A DNA stretch of 64,000 nt from Klebsormidium nitens (lineage: Eukaryota > Plantae > Klebsormidiophyceae): the NCBI GenBank assembly GCA_000708835.1, contig DF237059.1, positions 62,001-126,000 of the forward strand, given 5' to 3'. A model generated the notes under the pieces. It made no database searches, was not told where the DNA came from, and saw nothing but the letters and a program-made list of their open reading frames with translations. The translations under genes and the position numbers were made by a program. This document shows positions 40,501 to 52,241 of this stretch, in pieces (position 1 is the stretch's first letter; the number at the start of each line of letters is the position of its first letter).

Positions 40501-43500
40501 AGCGGGCGCATTCTCACCGGTCCGCTTCTTTGAAGAGCGTCCCGCGGAATGAAACCTCTTGGCGACGGCAGTCTCATTCCGGAGCGAGAACGCGGAGAAT
40601 CAAACGAACAACTAGGGGTTGAGAGCACAAAGCACAACTAGGGCGGGTGCACTCTCACCGGTCCCCTTCCTTGAAGAGCGTCCGGCCGACCTGCAGCTCC
40701 CGGAGCGTCCGCTGGCGGTCCGGGATGCACGACAGGATGGCGAAGATCAGGTACCGCTGCAGGGACCACGCGACGGCGGACGGCGGGCGCAGCCGCCCGT
40801 TGGGGTCGCGGCCGGCGCACTCGAGCTTCAGCTCCTGAAGGCAACCTTTTGTGGAGGTGATTTGATCGGTGTTGATAGATCTGATAGACAACGTATGGTA
40901 CATGAATGCATGGTACACGATTGGGTGACCCGCTTTGAGCAGGAGAGAGACGGTGTGTTACTGGAGCAGATCTTGTGGTTGCGGCAGAGGTTGTGTGTCG
41001 AGCTTCAGCTCCTGAGGGAGCAGGGGCAACGATTTTAAGTCGATCAATCGCCATCTTTCGTTTGTGAACCAGAAGGGAGCAGAAGTGTGGTGGCCGGATG
41101 AAAGAGTCAGTGGTTATCTGTTGCTGGTGGCAGGAGATGGAGCAGAACTTGTAGTGACCGGGTGATCGAGCGAGTGGTTTTGGTTACTTGGAAAAAGACA
41201 TGGAGCAGGTCCTTTTCGCCAGCAATTTGGAGCGCATAAATCAGCGTGCAGGATCGCATAAGTCAGCACGCAGGATCGCAATAGTCAGTGCGTAGAATCG
41301 TAAGAGTCAGCGCGTAGGCCAGCTTCATTCATGCGCTTATACGCTCTTCGACGCACGCAATGAGCGACAATGTAAGCCGCCTTAAAATGCACAAAGACCA
41401 GGTATTCCGGCCAGACAAGCCCCTTCTTCGTCCAGAGAAGTACGAGAAGAACCGCCTAATAGAGCCATAAGAAACCGCATAGGCTTGAATGTTCATACCC
41501 CCTCTGAAGCAGGCATTAAGCGGACGGTATAAGCCGGCCCACCTGCACGACGTTCAGGTCACCGGGCCACTCAAGCGTGCAACAAGAAAAGCGCTTAACC
41601 GAACTCATAAGACAGCGCTCAGGAAGGCTTTGTACAAGCGCCTGTACGCTCAAAGCACGCAATAAGCGGACGGTATAAGCCGCAATCAGCGGACGGTATA
41701 AGCCAGCCCACCTGCACAACGGCCAGATACTCGGGCCAGCTGAGCCACTTGAGCGTCTCGTCGGACGAGCGCGGCGCGATCTTTGCCTCGCGCCGTGACT
41801 CGTTGGCCAGCTTGCGGTACTCGCGCACGACCATTAGGTCGCCGTAAGCTTTCTCGCCCTCCGATGGCTGGGCCTGCGCACGTGTTCGGTGGGTTTAGTC
41901 GGGGTTTAGGGTGCGTTTGGGCGGGGTTAGTCGGGGTTCAGCGTTAAGGCGCTTCCTGAAGAACTCAACTGCTCGTACACAGACGATTGAAGGCACAAGG
42001 TCATTACTTGCCACGTGCCGATGAAGATCTGCTGACGGAACGACATTAATGCATAAGGCCACCGCAAGGACCTCTATATATCTATCGGCTGTCGATAGAT
42101 ATATAGACAGCTCGGCTATAGGGCTCCTTTACTCCGCCTTGCATCCGAGCATGTTATCAAATATGCGACATTTTGCTAAGCTTGAAAACTTGTCTACTCA
42201 CACTTGGCTCCTATACTGTACTTTCGGAAGGTAGCTCTGAAGAGTGCAAATATTTTGGACTTTTGACATCCTGGATTGCCATAGCTTGACTCGAACTTGA
42301 CAATGACGCTTTCGTGGTTGATGACGTCTCAACAACTCTTATACTTTCTAAGACGAATTTCTGCAAAGCTGCATCGAGATCGTACCTTCGACTCCGCGTG
42401 GAACAAAAACATCGCGAGCCGCATCAGGCTCCGCGCGACGAGCCCCTCCGTCTGCCGGGTGATGCCCCGCTCGCGCAGCAGCCACATGACGTAATCAAAC
42501 CCGACCTGCACGCCCGCTCGCTCGTGCGACGGAACGAGAGAAGGCAATCGCAAGTCGGTCAGGGGGATCCCCCTCTCGTAGTGCAGCCAACCGAGCGCCC
42601 CTCGTATGTGGTCCAAGTATTTCCTGGGGGGAGAGACGAGCCGGTTTAGCGTTTCCCCAGTACACTTTGTAACAGGCGAACGGAACCGCAGCTCGAACAG
42701 GAGATTTCCCTCTCGTATTGCAACCAGCCGTGGTTCGAGGACACTTTCTTTTCCCTTCTTTGGGGGAAGAAAAGAGGCAGTACTGAGGCCCACCGTTGTG
42801 ATTCTGAAGATATCTGGACATTTTCGAACGAACGGAGGATGTTGGCCCAATCGAAGCTGGTAAATCGGAACGAGTTGATATCCTCTTGGAAGGAAAAGAA
42901 GGTCCGAGCGGCCCCAATACATACTCTCTGACAAGGAAGAAGAGCTCTATGCAGGGACTATTGCTTGCTGAGATGCCTTTGCGCAAGAAGTGAGAGGGCC
43001 GTCCGGCACCGACCAAGAAACGTTCGGCTACCTGCTTGCACCGCTGAGTTCGTATGCAACGACAGAGATGGACTACGCAACCGTGAAGGGGCCAAACTAC
43101 CGTGCAACAAGTTTCCGAACTGTGAGAGCAGGCGTTTCAATGGAACCTTAGCATCTGCGGATGCTGGAGGAGCTTACCTGGCGGTGACGTCAGCAATGGG
43201 CGCCATTTGCTGTCCATAGAAGCGATTCGTACAGTGGTACAGAAACGCGTCCAGCTCTTTGGTGAGCTCCGGGGAGCCTTCCCCCGGCTTGAGCCGATAT
43301 GACGTCAGCCCCTCGACCTTCCGTTTCGTCACCCTAACGTCATAGCTATTGCTGTGGCCGTGCCGGCCCATGGGGGGCATGCGGCGCGACATGATGTCAT
43401 TATCCACGGCGGGAGCAACGGCGGCAATCGAATCTGGAAATACTTGGTCGAAGTTAGAAACCATGCTAGAAAAGGGGCATGGTTGCTTTTGGCTAACCGC

Positions 43501-46364
43501 TCCGAATGTCAGAAGCCTCGACGTCTTTAGAATCAGCCCCGTCTCAACGTTCGTTCCAGAACACCAATGTGCGCTGCCCTCAGGAAGGCTCGTCGTCGAA
43601 AGTAAGCTGACGACCGAAAGAAGGAAAAAGCAACTAAGTGGATCACTTCATTTGACTCCGGGTTCACTGCGGTGAGTAACGCCTGATCAGGAAGCCTTGA
43701 AGGCTTGGTACTCCTGAAGCCTTGAAATACGAGAATACTGGGACCACGAGACGAGAAAGTGTTTGTTCGGAGACTCATTTTGATGGTCTGCATTCGAAGA
43801 CTACGCTTACCAAACGCTGTACTGAACTACAACCCCTACTAAGGTCCCTTCTCTGCTTTAAGATACCCCTTTTTGGACAGGGTTTTCTTTTCCGATACCC
43901 CTTTTTGGACAGGGTTTTCTTTTCCGGCAAGGACAATGAAGATGCTAAGCAAAGCGGGAAGGAAAGGCAGTAAAACGAGCGAAAGATTGACAAGAAAGAG
44001 CACCTGACCGCACTTTTGCGTTAATTTCGGCCAGTAGAATTACGATGACGTGGTTTCACCCGATCCCTTTTCATTCTTCAGCCCCTACATCATCTCCTCC
44101 AGTTTACCGGCATTGGTCACAGCTTTTCTCGTCTCAGCGATATTACTTTACGAAAATCGATGGCTGAATCCTGATGCATCGACCCTACTTCCTTGCAGAG
44201 GAACCCACCAGAGAGGCCCGCCGGTTCAGCAACCACCTTCGAAGAACCCAAGTCGGTTTCTAAGGTCGACACTGCCCCGGTGCTCGGAGCAGAGGTGGAG
44301 GCGCTCTCGCCAGATGTCGCTCGCTCCTGTAATCCATACACGCTATTCTGTCTGATATGACCTTACACTGACATAATCAACTTTCTTGCTTGCGGCTTCT
44401 CTTGCCACCTGGGCTCTTTTGCATCCAAAAGTTCCTGTAGTGGATTTTGTATCAGGGACCAAACACTCTGCTCCAGGAAACTCATTTGAAGAGAGAAGAA
44501 ATTGGGAGCACCCGTACTCTGGATTCCTAAGTGCGTCTCCTTGGCTCGAGATTTCTTTCGAGAAAGGTTCAGAAAATTAGAGACAGGATTACGACATTTG
44601 TTAAATCTGCTGGCAAACGGAGGATCTTCTTTGTTTTCCACAGCACTGTTCACATGGCCGTCAAGACGCTCTATGTTTAAGAGGGATGGATTTGCCGAGA
44701 AGACTATCAGCAACTTGCTTCCCACAAACATTTGATAATCAGTGCTATTTTGAGAGCTGCCACCATGAAAAGTACCCTCCACATTTCAATCACATTGCCA
44801 GCTCACCTTCTCGTTTGTCTTCTCATTCTGTACCCCGTTCAGAGTCTGCCCATCCTCACTGGCGCTTTGTGCGAGTCCTTCCCTAAGCTTCAGAAGAAAA
44901 CGAACTGGAACGGCGAGTGTTCTGGCCTCTTGGTCTGCCATCCCGACTAGGTCGCTAGCTTTCGAGTACCAGTTTTCTTGCAATCGCTCCGACTGCAGAC
45001 AAGATAGGGGCAAGCTTTAGTTGTGACACAAGAGATCAAAGTTGCGGCGAGATGACGTGAACATGTCGATAGGAAGTGGGCTCAGAAGCATTTCAGTAAT
45101 GACAAGGTGTCAAGCTGGGCAGACACCTGGCTGTGCCTCCTCGAAGCTACTTGACAGAAAGGAATGATTTCCTTCGCTAACGGAAGCGACATTCCAACTG
45201 AAACATGAAACTAGATCCTTGACAGGAATTTATCAAGAGAGCAGCCCCGACCGAGGCACATGCCTCCGAAAAGCATTGAAACACACGCTCCGTCAGATGT
45301 GTCAAGAGAATCTTCGCGATTTAGTATGAGAAAACAAATGACCTTGTCCTCAAGACATCTGTGTTTGCTTCTCCTTTGCTCACCAGCTGTTGCTCTGCTT
45401 CCCCAGGAGCCCGGCCCAGCGCTTTGCAGCACCACTCCAGCGCATCGTCAATCGAACTTCCAAGCGTCAGCTCGTTTTGAGCTCCCCCTGCGGCCGGCAC
45501 CTCCTTGATCGGTTCCCCTGGTTTGACGACCGCATGTGCCGGTTCCACTGGTCCAACCGCTGCACCGTTCCTGGCTTTCTTCTTGGCCACAGGTTTTGCT
45601 CCCCTCTTTGACGATTCCCTTTGCAAGCTAGACTCCTCAAGTGCAACCCCTGACCCCTGACTGCTCTCAGAAGCGCCTCGCACAGCCCCGTTGCTCCTTT
45701 CAGGTTTCCCCACCCCGTCCCTGACACCTTTGCTGACATCCGCCGCCAGACTGCCAACCACCCCATTCAAGGCTCCTTGCTTCTGCCCAATTGAAAGCGC
45801 CTCTGTTGCCTTTGGAGGCACGCTCACCACCGCTTTTCCCTTCCCCTCTCCATTTGAGTCTCCGCCTCTCTCTTTTGTTTGGCGTGCTCCTTGATCTTTC
45901 TTAGTGACCCCATCTTTGGGCTTTGGCGTCCTGAAGAGGCTGATCCCCTGTAGGGCCAGCGCCTCTTCCATTGTGACTGCGACATTCGGCCCAGCCCGCT
46001 TTTGAACCGTGGCCCCCTTCTTCACTGGGCTCGCCACTTGCTGGCTTGGCAATGCAGTCTGAAAAGATCTCACAGCTCCAATTGGACGTCCACCGTTTTT
46101 CATTGGTGTAGCTCCAGATGGAGAGACGCCTCGCAATGCCCATGTGCTGTTGGCATCACTAATTTGGCACCCAGGCTTGCGGAGAAGACGCCAGACTAAG
46201 TATCCAGTGCCCTTTGATAGAAGCGCAGAGTCCATCGTGATAGAGCAACATGGAGCATTCAAGGGAGCCCTGGCAAAAGCTGGTCCTTTGGCTGCTTGGA
46301 TTAAACCGGAATTCCCTTGTCTGACCAGAAGTTTGATAACAGCATTGAGTGCACTGCTAAACAT
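37578..46364 (-). CDS. Intron-containing tyrosine recombinase (phage-integrase/DNA breaking-rejoining fold) with long N-terminal extension; 10 exons, ~860 aa
   Basis: Exons 45384-46364, 44807-44992, 44209-44326, 43178-43433, 42386-42623, 41712-41873, 40659-40834, 38871-39092, 38343-38499 and 37578-37664 all join in phase with GT-AG. Candidate catalytic residues R (IPDRQRTLREL), K (DDYKT), H-x-x-R (PHLVR), H (MGHS) and Y (STYDRRT). The core (37578-43433) is solid; attachment of the first three exons is less certain. Confidence 0.85.
39190..39525 (-). repeat. Three degenerate copies of the recombinase exon-8 acceptor plus exon start
   Basis: cag|gtgggtcatccggcacggtccgga copies have acceptors at 39244, 39364 and 39511 (plus-strand ctg); the real acceptor is at 39093; spacing 151/120/147 bp. 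Confidence 0.9.
39900..40690 (-). repeat. Tandem array of ~143-bp units, each carrying the recombinase exon-7 3' end plus donor (5 degenerate copies and the real one)
   Basis: The plus-strand core attctcaccggtccccttccttgaagagcgtcc has donor positions 39942, 40080, 40228 (mutated to GC), 40372, 40517 and 40658 (real); spacing 138/148/144/145/141. Confidence 0.95.
40998..41015 (-). repeat. Copy of the recombinase exon-7 acceptor plus exon start
   Basis: tcgagcttcagctcctga is an exact 18-nt match to 40821-40838. Confidence 0.75.
41519..41577 (-). repeat. Degenerate copy of the recombinase exon-6 3' end plus donor
   Basis: The copy reads ...EWPGDLNVVQ|gtgggc (donor 41542); the real exon reads ...SWPEYLAVVQ|gtgggc (donor 41711). 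gcggacggtataagcc occurs three times (near 41520, 41666, 41689). Confidence 0.85.
42073..42107. repeat. Perfect 15-bp inverted repeat with 5-nt asymmetric spacer, in recombinase intron 5
   Basis: tctatatatctatcg-gctgt-cgatagatatataga. The flanks (~42048-42143) extend it imperfectly. Confidence 0.9.
43862..43925. repeat. Perfect 32-bp tandem duplication in a recombinase intron
   Basis: gatacccctttttggacagggttttcttttcc occurs twice. Confidence 0.92.
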
Positions 46365-48069
46365 GCTGGTGCCACATTGATCAGATTAAACACCGGAATT
46401 GACTGTCAGGGGCTCTCCCTGAACTTGCATTGTGCCGCCTGAATCTGCATTGGCGACCCTTCTATGGCTGCTCCCCAAACTTCAGCTCATTGCACACAGT
46501 GCACCACTAACTTCCTCATCATTCTTACTGTAACTGAAGCTGGTGGTGCGGCTGATCAGAGAGGGTGGTGCATCTGAGAGACAGCATTCCTAGTGGCTAG
46601 CTAGCAACAAGTGCTTGCGCCACACTATTTTATCTCTGTGCTCATGCACTGGCAGCAGCCTCATCATACAGAACATGGGCCGGCGCTGGCGCTTTCCTTA
46701 TCAAGCATCATGCATCAGGCTGACTTGGAAATTCACAAGCAACCATTTCCCGCGCGAAGTAGTGTTTTCCGTACCTCGAACACCGGAACCGGAACCGGAA
46801 TCCGTATCGGGCAGGACTTGAACGTATAACGGAACCAAGCGGAACCAGGGCGCGGAAAGCGAACGGCTTGCATGGCCTGGTGAGCCAATGTACGGAAGAC
46901 CATGCTACTTGCTGGCTAAGCTGAACCCGCCAGCAAGTCCGTCGCGCGGAGGAAGGAACCAGTCGGTGACCTTTGCCCACATGCATGACCATCACCCAAC
47001 GAAATACTTTCAGTATTCGTAAGTGATCGAACTGGGGCGCTCAGTATTTAGAAGTAATGGAACTCGGACGGCAAACGGGAGAGTTTCGGATCCGACAGGC
47101 AAGCCAGCCACTTCACACCAAAGTGAACAGGCGCCGGCGGCTAGAAGGAACCAAGCAGCGACATCATCAATCAAAAGCAGAGATTTATACCCATGTCGTA
47201 GACATCCATGTCGGACACTGCCTGCTTCATGAGAGTCTCGATTGTGACAAAGGTTTGATCGACAACGAGGATTTGGGAAGTTACACCGAATATCTGTCGC
47301 AAAAACGTTGAGCAAGGTGAACTCGTTCAACCTGCTTCCCAATAATTCACGTAATGGCCAGTCCTTGATGGATGGCATGCATTTCTATCCTCCTGACCTC
47401 AACTGAAAGTTGGCTAAGCTGCACAGGGGCCATGCGACGTGTAACGTCCGGGCAGATTTTTGAAACAAGGACCCATGCACCGTATGTCTGAAGCAGCGCT
47501 CTGCCTCAACAGATGCGCAAAACTTGACCGGACTGGCCGTCGGGCTCCAACCTGCGACAAGAGGACATGGTTTGCTTGTCATTTCTGAAGCTCGAAATGC
47601 CAGGATTGAGCTGTAGCCTCAACGGAACCGACTCAGCAACATTCAAGCCCCATGCAAGTAAAATGTCTCAGACACAGTTGAGAGCCATACTAACGCACAA
47701 CCTAGGACAGAAAGTCCGGTCAACGGCTTATCAAATCTGAAAAAGACTCGAAGCATCCTGATGAGAGGCGTTGACGGCTCAAAGATACCTATTTATTCCC
47801 TTTAGATTTGTCCAGATTCTGAGAGATTCAGAGTCGGGCACCTTGAATGATTCTTCTGAATTGACGCAGCAACTTCTGATCATACTGGGATGCTACCTGC
47901 CCGATGCACGGGACTCTGTCTCCAATGATATAGTTTAAGCATCTCCTAAAACAATCTTTTCAATGTCAGTGTATTTTAAATGCGAGCATTTTGAAGCACA
48001 GAATTCACAAAGCCCTAAAGGGCAGTACCAACAGAACTTTGCAGATCCTCACCTCTCGCTCGCCCCGCC

Positions 48070-51000
48070 CTACTTGTGCCGCCCCGAACGCCTGAGCGGC
48101 GTCAGGGCCGCCTCCGGGGGGCGCCCGGTGCTCTTCTCCGGGCTCCTCTCATCCTCCTTCTGCGCTTGACCTCTTCTCGTCTTCTCCTCGGCCGACTCCA
48201 CTGGGCCTTCCAGTGCATCAATCTCCTCTGCATCGTCGAGCATCGGGGTCTCCGCTTCCTTAGCGGCGGCTTCCCCTCGCCCTGACTCCATCGGAGACGC
48301 CTTGTTTTCGGCGACCGCGTCCTTAGCTTCGTCCGCTTCATTCGCTTCGGCGCTAAAGAGCACTCCCCTTGCTTCGGCGCTGGAGAGCACTCCCCCTGCT
48401 TCGGCGGCGTCTCCGACCCCCACCGCACGGGGGTTCGACCCCACGGCAGGAACGTTCTCTGACTCCCCCGGTGCGAGACCAATCTCCGGAAGCTTTGCTC
48501 CGCTCGTATCCTCAGGATTATTGCCGGCCGGTGCTGGCGCCACGTCACCTTCCCCAGCCTCCGCCATCTCCGTATCGCCCCCCTCCTTTTGAGCCTGCTC
48601 GTCTCCCCCACCAGGCACGCTCTTTGCATCCCTCATCTCAACATCCCCCCCTGCGCTCTTCACGCTCCCCGACTTGGGTCGCCCGCTGAGCGAGACTCTC
48701 TCCGGCAGAACGAACCCTGCCCGGAGCGCCCCCAACGCTTCCTCCGTCAACGGCGCCGGCCGCTCGCTCATCGCCGCTCTAGTTGCCTCCTCAACCGTGG
48801 TCTTCTCCGGCACCGCAAACACACCCGGGAGGCTCGCGCGCCGCGCCGCCTCTTCCACCGTCAGCCGCTCGGGGACCTCGAAGAATGACGTCGTCCGCGC
48901 GCCGCGCCCGTTGGACAGCGCAATGGACGTCCGTTCCGGGAGCTCGAATGGTGACGGGGGAGGGATCCCCGTGAACGGCGGCACGGGGGCGATGTTTGCG
49001 AGCGCTGCGCTGGTGATGCTAGGCGCGACTGGCTTGAAAAGGGGGGGCGCCGGCGCCAGGCTCAGAAGCCCTCCGCTTGTAGTGGGTGGAAGAACCGGGG
49101 GCTGAGGCTGGATACTCACGGTTGCTGGGGGCGCGATAGTGGGTGCGCTGGATATGGGCAGGCTTGGCACGGTTTGGGGGTTCGTTTGCTCAGCGCTTTT
49201 CGGGGGGGTGTTCTGAGGTGGAGAAACCCCCGGAGGGGCAGCGGCTGATTGTGTCCCTGGAGCAGTAACCCCAGGAGCGGCGGTGGTTGCCACTGGAGCG
49301 ACATTACTGGCCGGAGATGCGCTCGATGGGAGGGTCCGGTTAGCCACCGGGTTAGCCACCAACCCCGGTACACGTGGCAGAGTGACCATCTTGGCAGTCG
49401 GGTCGTCTTTCCGAGGCCTCCCGCGACCCCACTTTGCGCCAACCACCTCCGGATCCAAGTCGACGATCTCGACAACGCCGCTCGCCCCGGTGTAACCCCG
49501 CTTCAACCCCGGGTTATCGAGCAGGTTAGACTGGCTTCCGAGCGCGGTCTGCTGGGCGTCGGTTAGCCCGGCACCTTGAACGGACTTGAGCGCGTTCATG
49601 AGGCGCTTGGTGACTTCCTGTTCGCTTGCGAGCTTGTAGGTGGCGGTTCGCAGCTCCATCTCGAGGTGCGCAATCTTTTCTTGCGCGCGCGTCATGAGCT
49701 CGAGCGCTTCTTTGCGCTCCGCCTCCTGGCGCTGGAGCATGTCCACCACAATGGCCGTGTGGCTCCTGCGAGTCGGAGAAAAGATTGGGTTGAAAGACTG
49801 TTCTAATCCGGGTTAAAGCTCATAGAGGAACTTTTTTGGAGTCTCACAATACGCGGGGTTCCTGGCGCTATAGCATGTCGTCCGTGGTCTTAGTGTGGGT
49901 CTTGCGAAATCAACGGATGTTTTTAAAATGGGTAAGCAACGGGTTAGGAGAACGAAGCGAGATACGTGTGAGTTGCTGGCGCTCGAGCATGCGACCACAG
50001 TCGCAGTGAGACTCCCACTGTTCAGGGGAACCGGGAGACAACCAGTTTTGCAGGTTCGCAAGAATTAAAAGTCAACTTGCAATACGGCTCCGACCCACTT
50101 GGCAGATTGTATGCCTGGCAGCGACTAATCGCAACGTCTGGGAGTGCTTTCTGAATGGATCCCGAGGGTACAAGCCGCAGTTGCGTCAAGCCCCGATAGT
50201 GCAACCAGGCAGCTTACATGGCAGCAGACTTCAGCATCAAAGTGAGTGTTGTGCATCGTATCAGACATGCACTCACTTGCAACAGATGATCTGTCGCATA
50301 CACACCGTAAAATATCTAAATATTGCGCGGGTGTCTGTAAAAAGCCAGCAAATGCAGGGAGCTAACAAAGCCAGGAGTTCCACTGCCAACTGCCTGACTG
50401 ACCGCTGTCCTCTCACACTCGTAGCCACAGCTTGACCCCCAGAAGAATTGCAGTCGTTTGCAGACCGGCAAGGACGTTCAGGTGACTTTCCGCGAAAAGA
50501 CGAGGAAACGCAAGAGAATGCACACAAGAGCTACTCTGCAGGGCTAAACACAGAGGTGTCCCTCACCTGAGGATGTCGTCCAGCAGCGTGCCCGAACCGA
50601 TCGCACCGACGACATGCGAGAAGCTCTTGAGGTTTAGGTCGTTCTGCACGCGGAGGATCCCGTCATTCTCGAGCGCCGTCAGGAAGATGCCGCACGGGAC
50701 GTCGCGCACCTCCTCCTTAGGCCTCTGCAGAAGAAAGAACCGGGGTACGGTAGCATTAGCGACTGGGCCAAATGTATTTGTAACATGGTTAGTTTAAGTG
50801 GTTGAACATGTTAGGACATGCTTAGGCCTTGGTTGAAATGCGGTTTAGACATGGTTGGGATGTGGTCTTTTCCCCCAAGTATGTCAACCATATGGAAAGG
50901 CGGATTTTGAGAGGTTGTGCGCTCAGTTCACACCACTCAAACAAGGATGAATCGCTTTGCCATATAGCAGGAGTGAAACGCAGTAACATTTGCAATTGAA

Positions 51001-52241
51001 GAAAGACAGCAACGATCTCTCATCAGGTTTCCCTTGATGTATCATGTGGTGGACTGATCCGATGAAACAAACAAAGGACAGGAATAGGTCTGCAGGACTT
51101 CGTCTCTCCTCCATCAGCACTGATTGAAAAAGTCGGGCAAGCAACGATTGCGAGAACAAGAATGTTGCAAAGAGAGCTGATTTGAATCTGGTACTCTTAC
51201 CTAAGCAGCATGAAACACTTAAGGTACGAAAGATCGATCAGGTCTCCAACGGAACTTCAAAGACTGTAATGACTGACAAATGACTATCAACGGCCACAAT
51301 TTGTCTCCTGAAAGACCACTTACCGGCCTGTTCATCAGCGCGTTTGCCAGCCACCCAAGCCGCTGGATGTACCACTCCGCAAACAAGACGTTTGGCAGAG
51401 ACGATTGCTGCGGGGGGGTAGCATGAGCGGGCATGGCTTGCTGGGGGCCTACATTAGCAATCTGCGGCTGTACCCCCGCTGCTGCTTGTGGTAAAGCGCC
51501 CAGGCCTCCCAGATGTGGCAGTGGCGCGGGGGGGGGCGGCTGCTCAGTCGCTGGCCAGCCCAGGTTCTGCCCCCCCACTACAGTCGGTATCTCCGGCGCC
51601 GGCAGCGCCCCTGACGTCTTGTCCTTTCGCGGTCGGCCCCGCTTTGCCGGCGGGGGGCCCTCCTGAACAGGAACCTGTCCGGGGGGCAGCGGTGGGGGGG
51701 GTACCTTGGGGAACCGGAACGGCTGGTCACCCCCTGGGAGAGAAGCAGGGGCCTGCACGTGGACAGGAGGTGGAAGCCACCCACGCTTCTCCAAGGGGGA
51801 CCGTGTGTCCAGCTGCGGAGGGGGGGGCGGGTGGTGGGCCCAATCGTTTATGCTGGAAAGAACAGAGGTTGGCTGGGGGGCGGGGGGGATCGTAGGGAAC
51901 TTGGCGCCCGCCTGGAGGGAGGAGCTTTTGGCTGCCTCAGCAGCGTTGGTGTACAACCGGACGACGTCCGCCGAGTTTGCAGATGCCTCAGCGCCAGGGG
52001 GCGCTTGCATGGCGTTGGCGACAGCTGGGGGGGTCAAGGCCGGCTGAGAAGAAACGGCCCCGTTCGTCTTGTCCACATTGCTTGCTAACGCTGGCTGCGA
52101 AGCCTCCGCCCTTGCAGTTCCCCCGGGCTGCATAGGTGTTGCATCTATGCCCGCCCTACTTCCACCCTCTGATGCTGCGATTATGGGGGGCGCAACACCG
52201 ACGGGCTGAGCGGCAGAGACCGCTGGTGCTGCCACTTGCAT
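48070..52241 (-). CDS. Uncharacterised AT-hook / coiled-coil, Pro/Ala-rich protein (exons 51324-52241, 50567-50724, 48070-49765)
   Basis: Phases are consistent (0, 2). Two AT-hook-like motifs, KRGRPRK and GRGRPRK; heptad-like segment MLQRQEAERKEALELMTRAQEKIAHLEMEL; acidic C-terminus followed by a basic tail. The start codon is uncertain. Confidence 0.8.

Noticed and set aside
39900-40690. CRISPR-like array interpretation of the ~143-bp repeats
   Set aside because: Whole units are homologous (no unique spacers), the repeats derive from the host exon/donor, the context is a eukaryotic intron, and no cas genes are present.
42329-42934. 201-aa ORF suggesting a longer recombinase exon 5
   Set aside because: The upstream part is read-through of intron sequence; a strong acceptor (ctcccccag, exon start 42623) matches the phase of the previous exon.
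37578-46364. DIRS/Ngaro retrotransposon interpretation of the recombinase
   Set aside because: No RT, RNase H, gag or methyltransferase ORFs and no inverted or split terminal repeats were seen. A Crypton origin remains untested.
46780-46865. ccggaa/cggaac microrepeats suggesting a MITE
   Set aside because: I could not find matching TIRs or a TSD.
51500-51900. G-run clusters suggesting G-quadruplexes
   Set aside because: Explained by poly-Pro codons of the minus-strand AT-hook gene.
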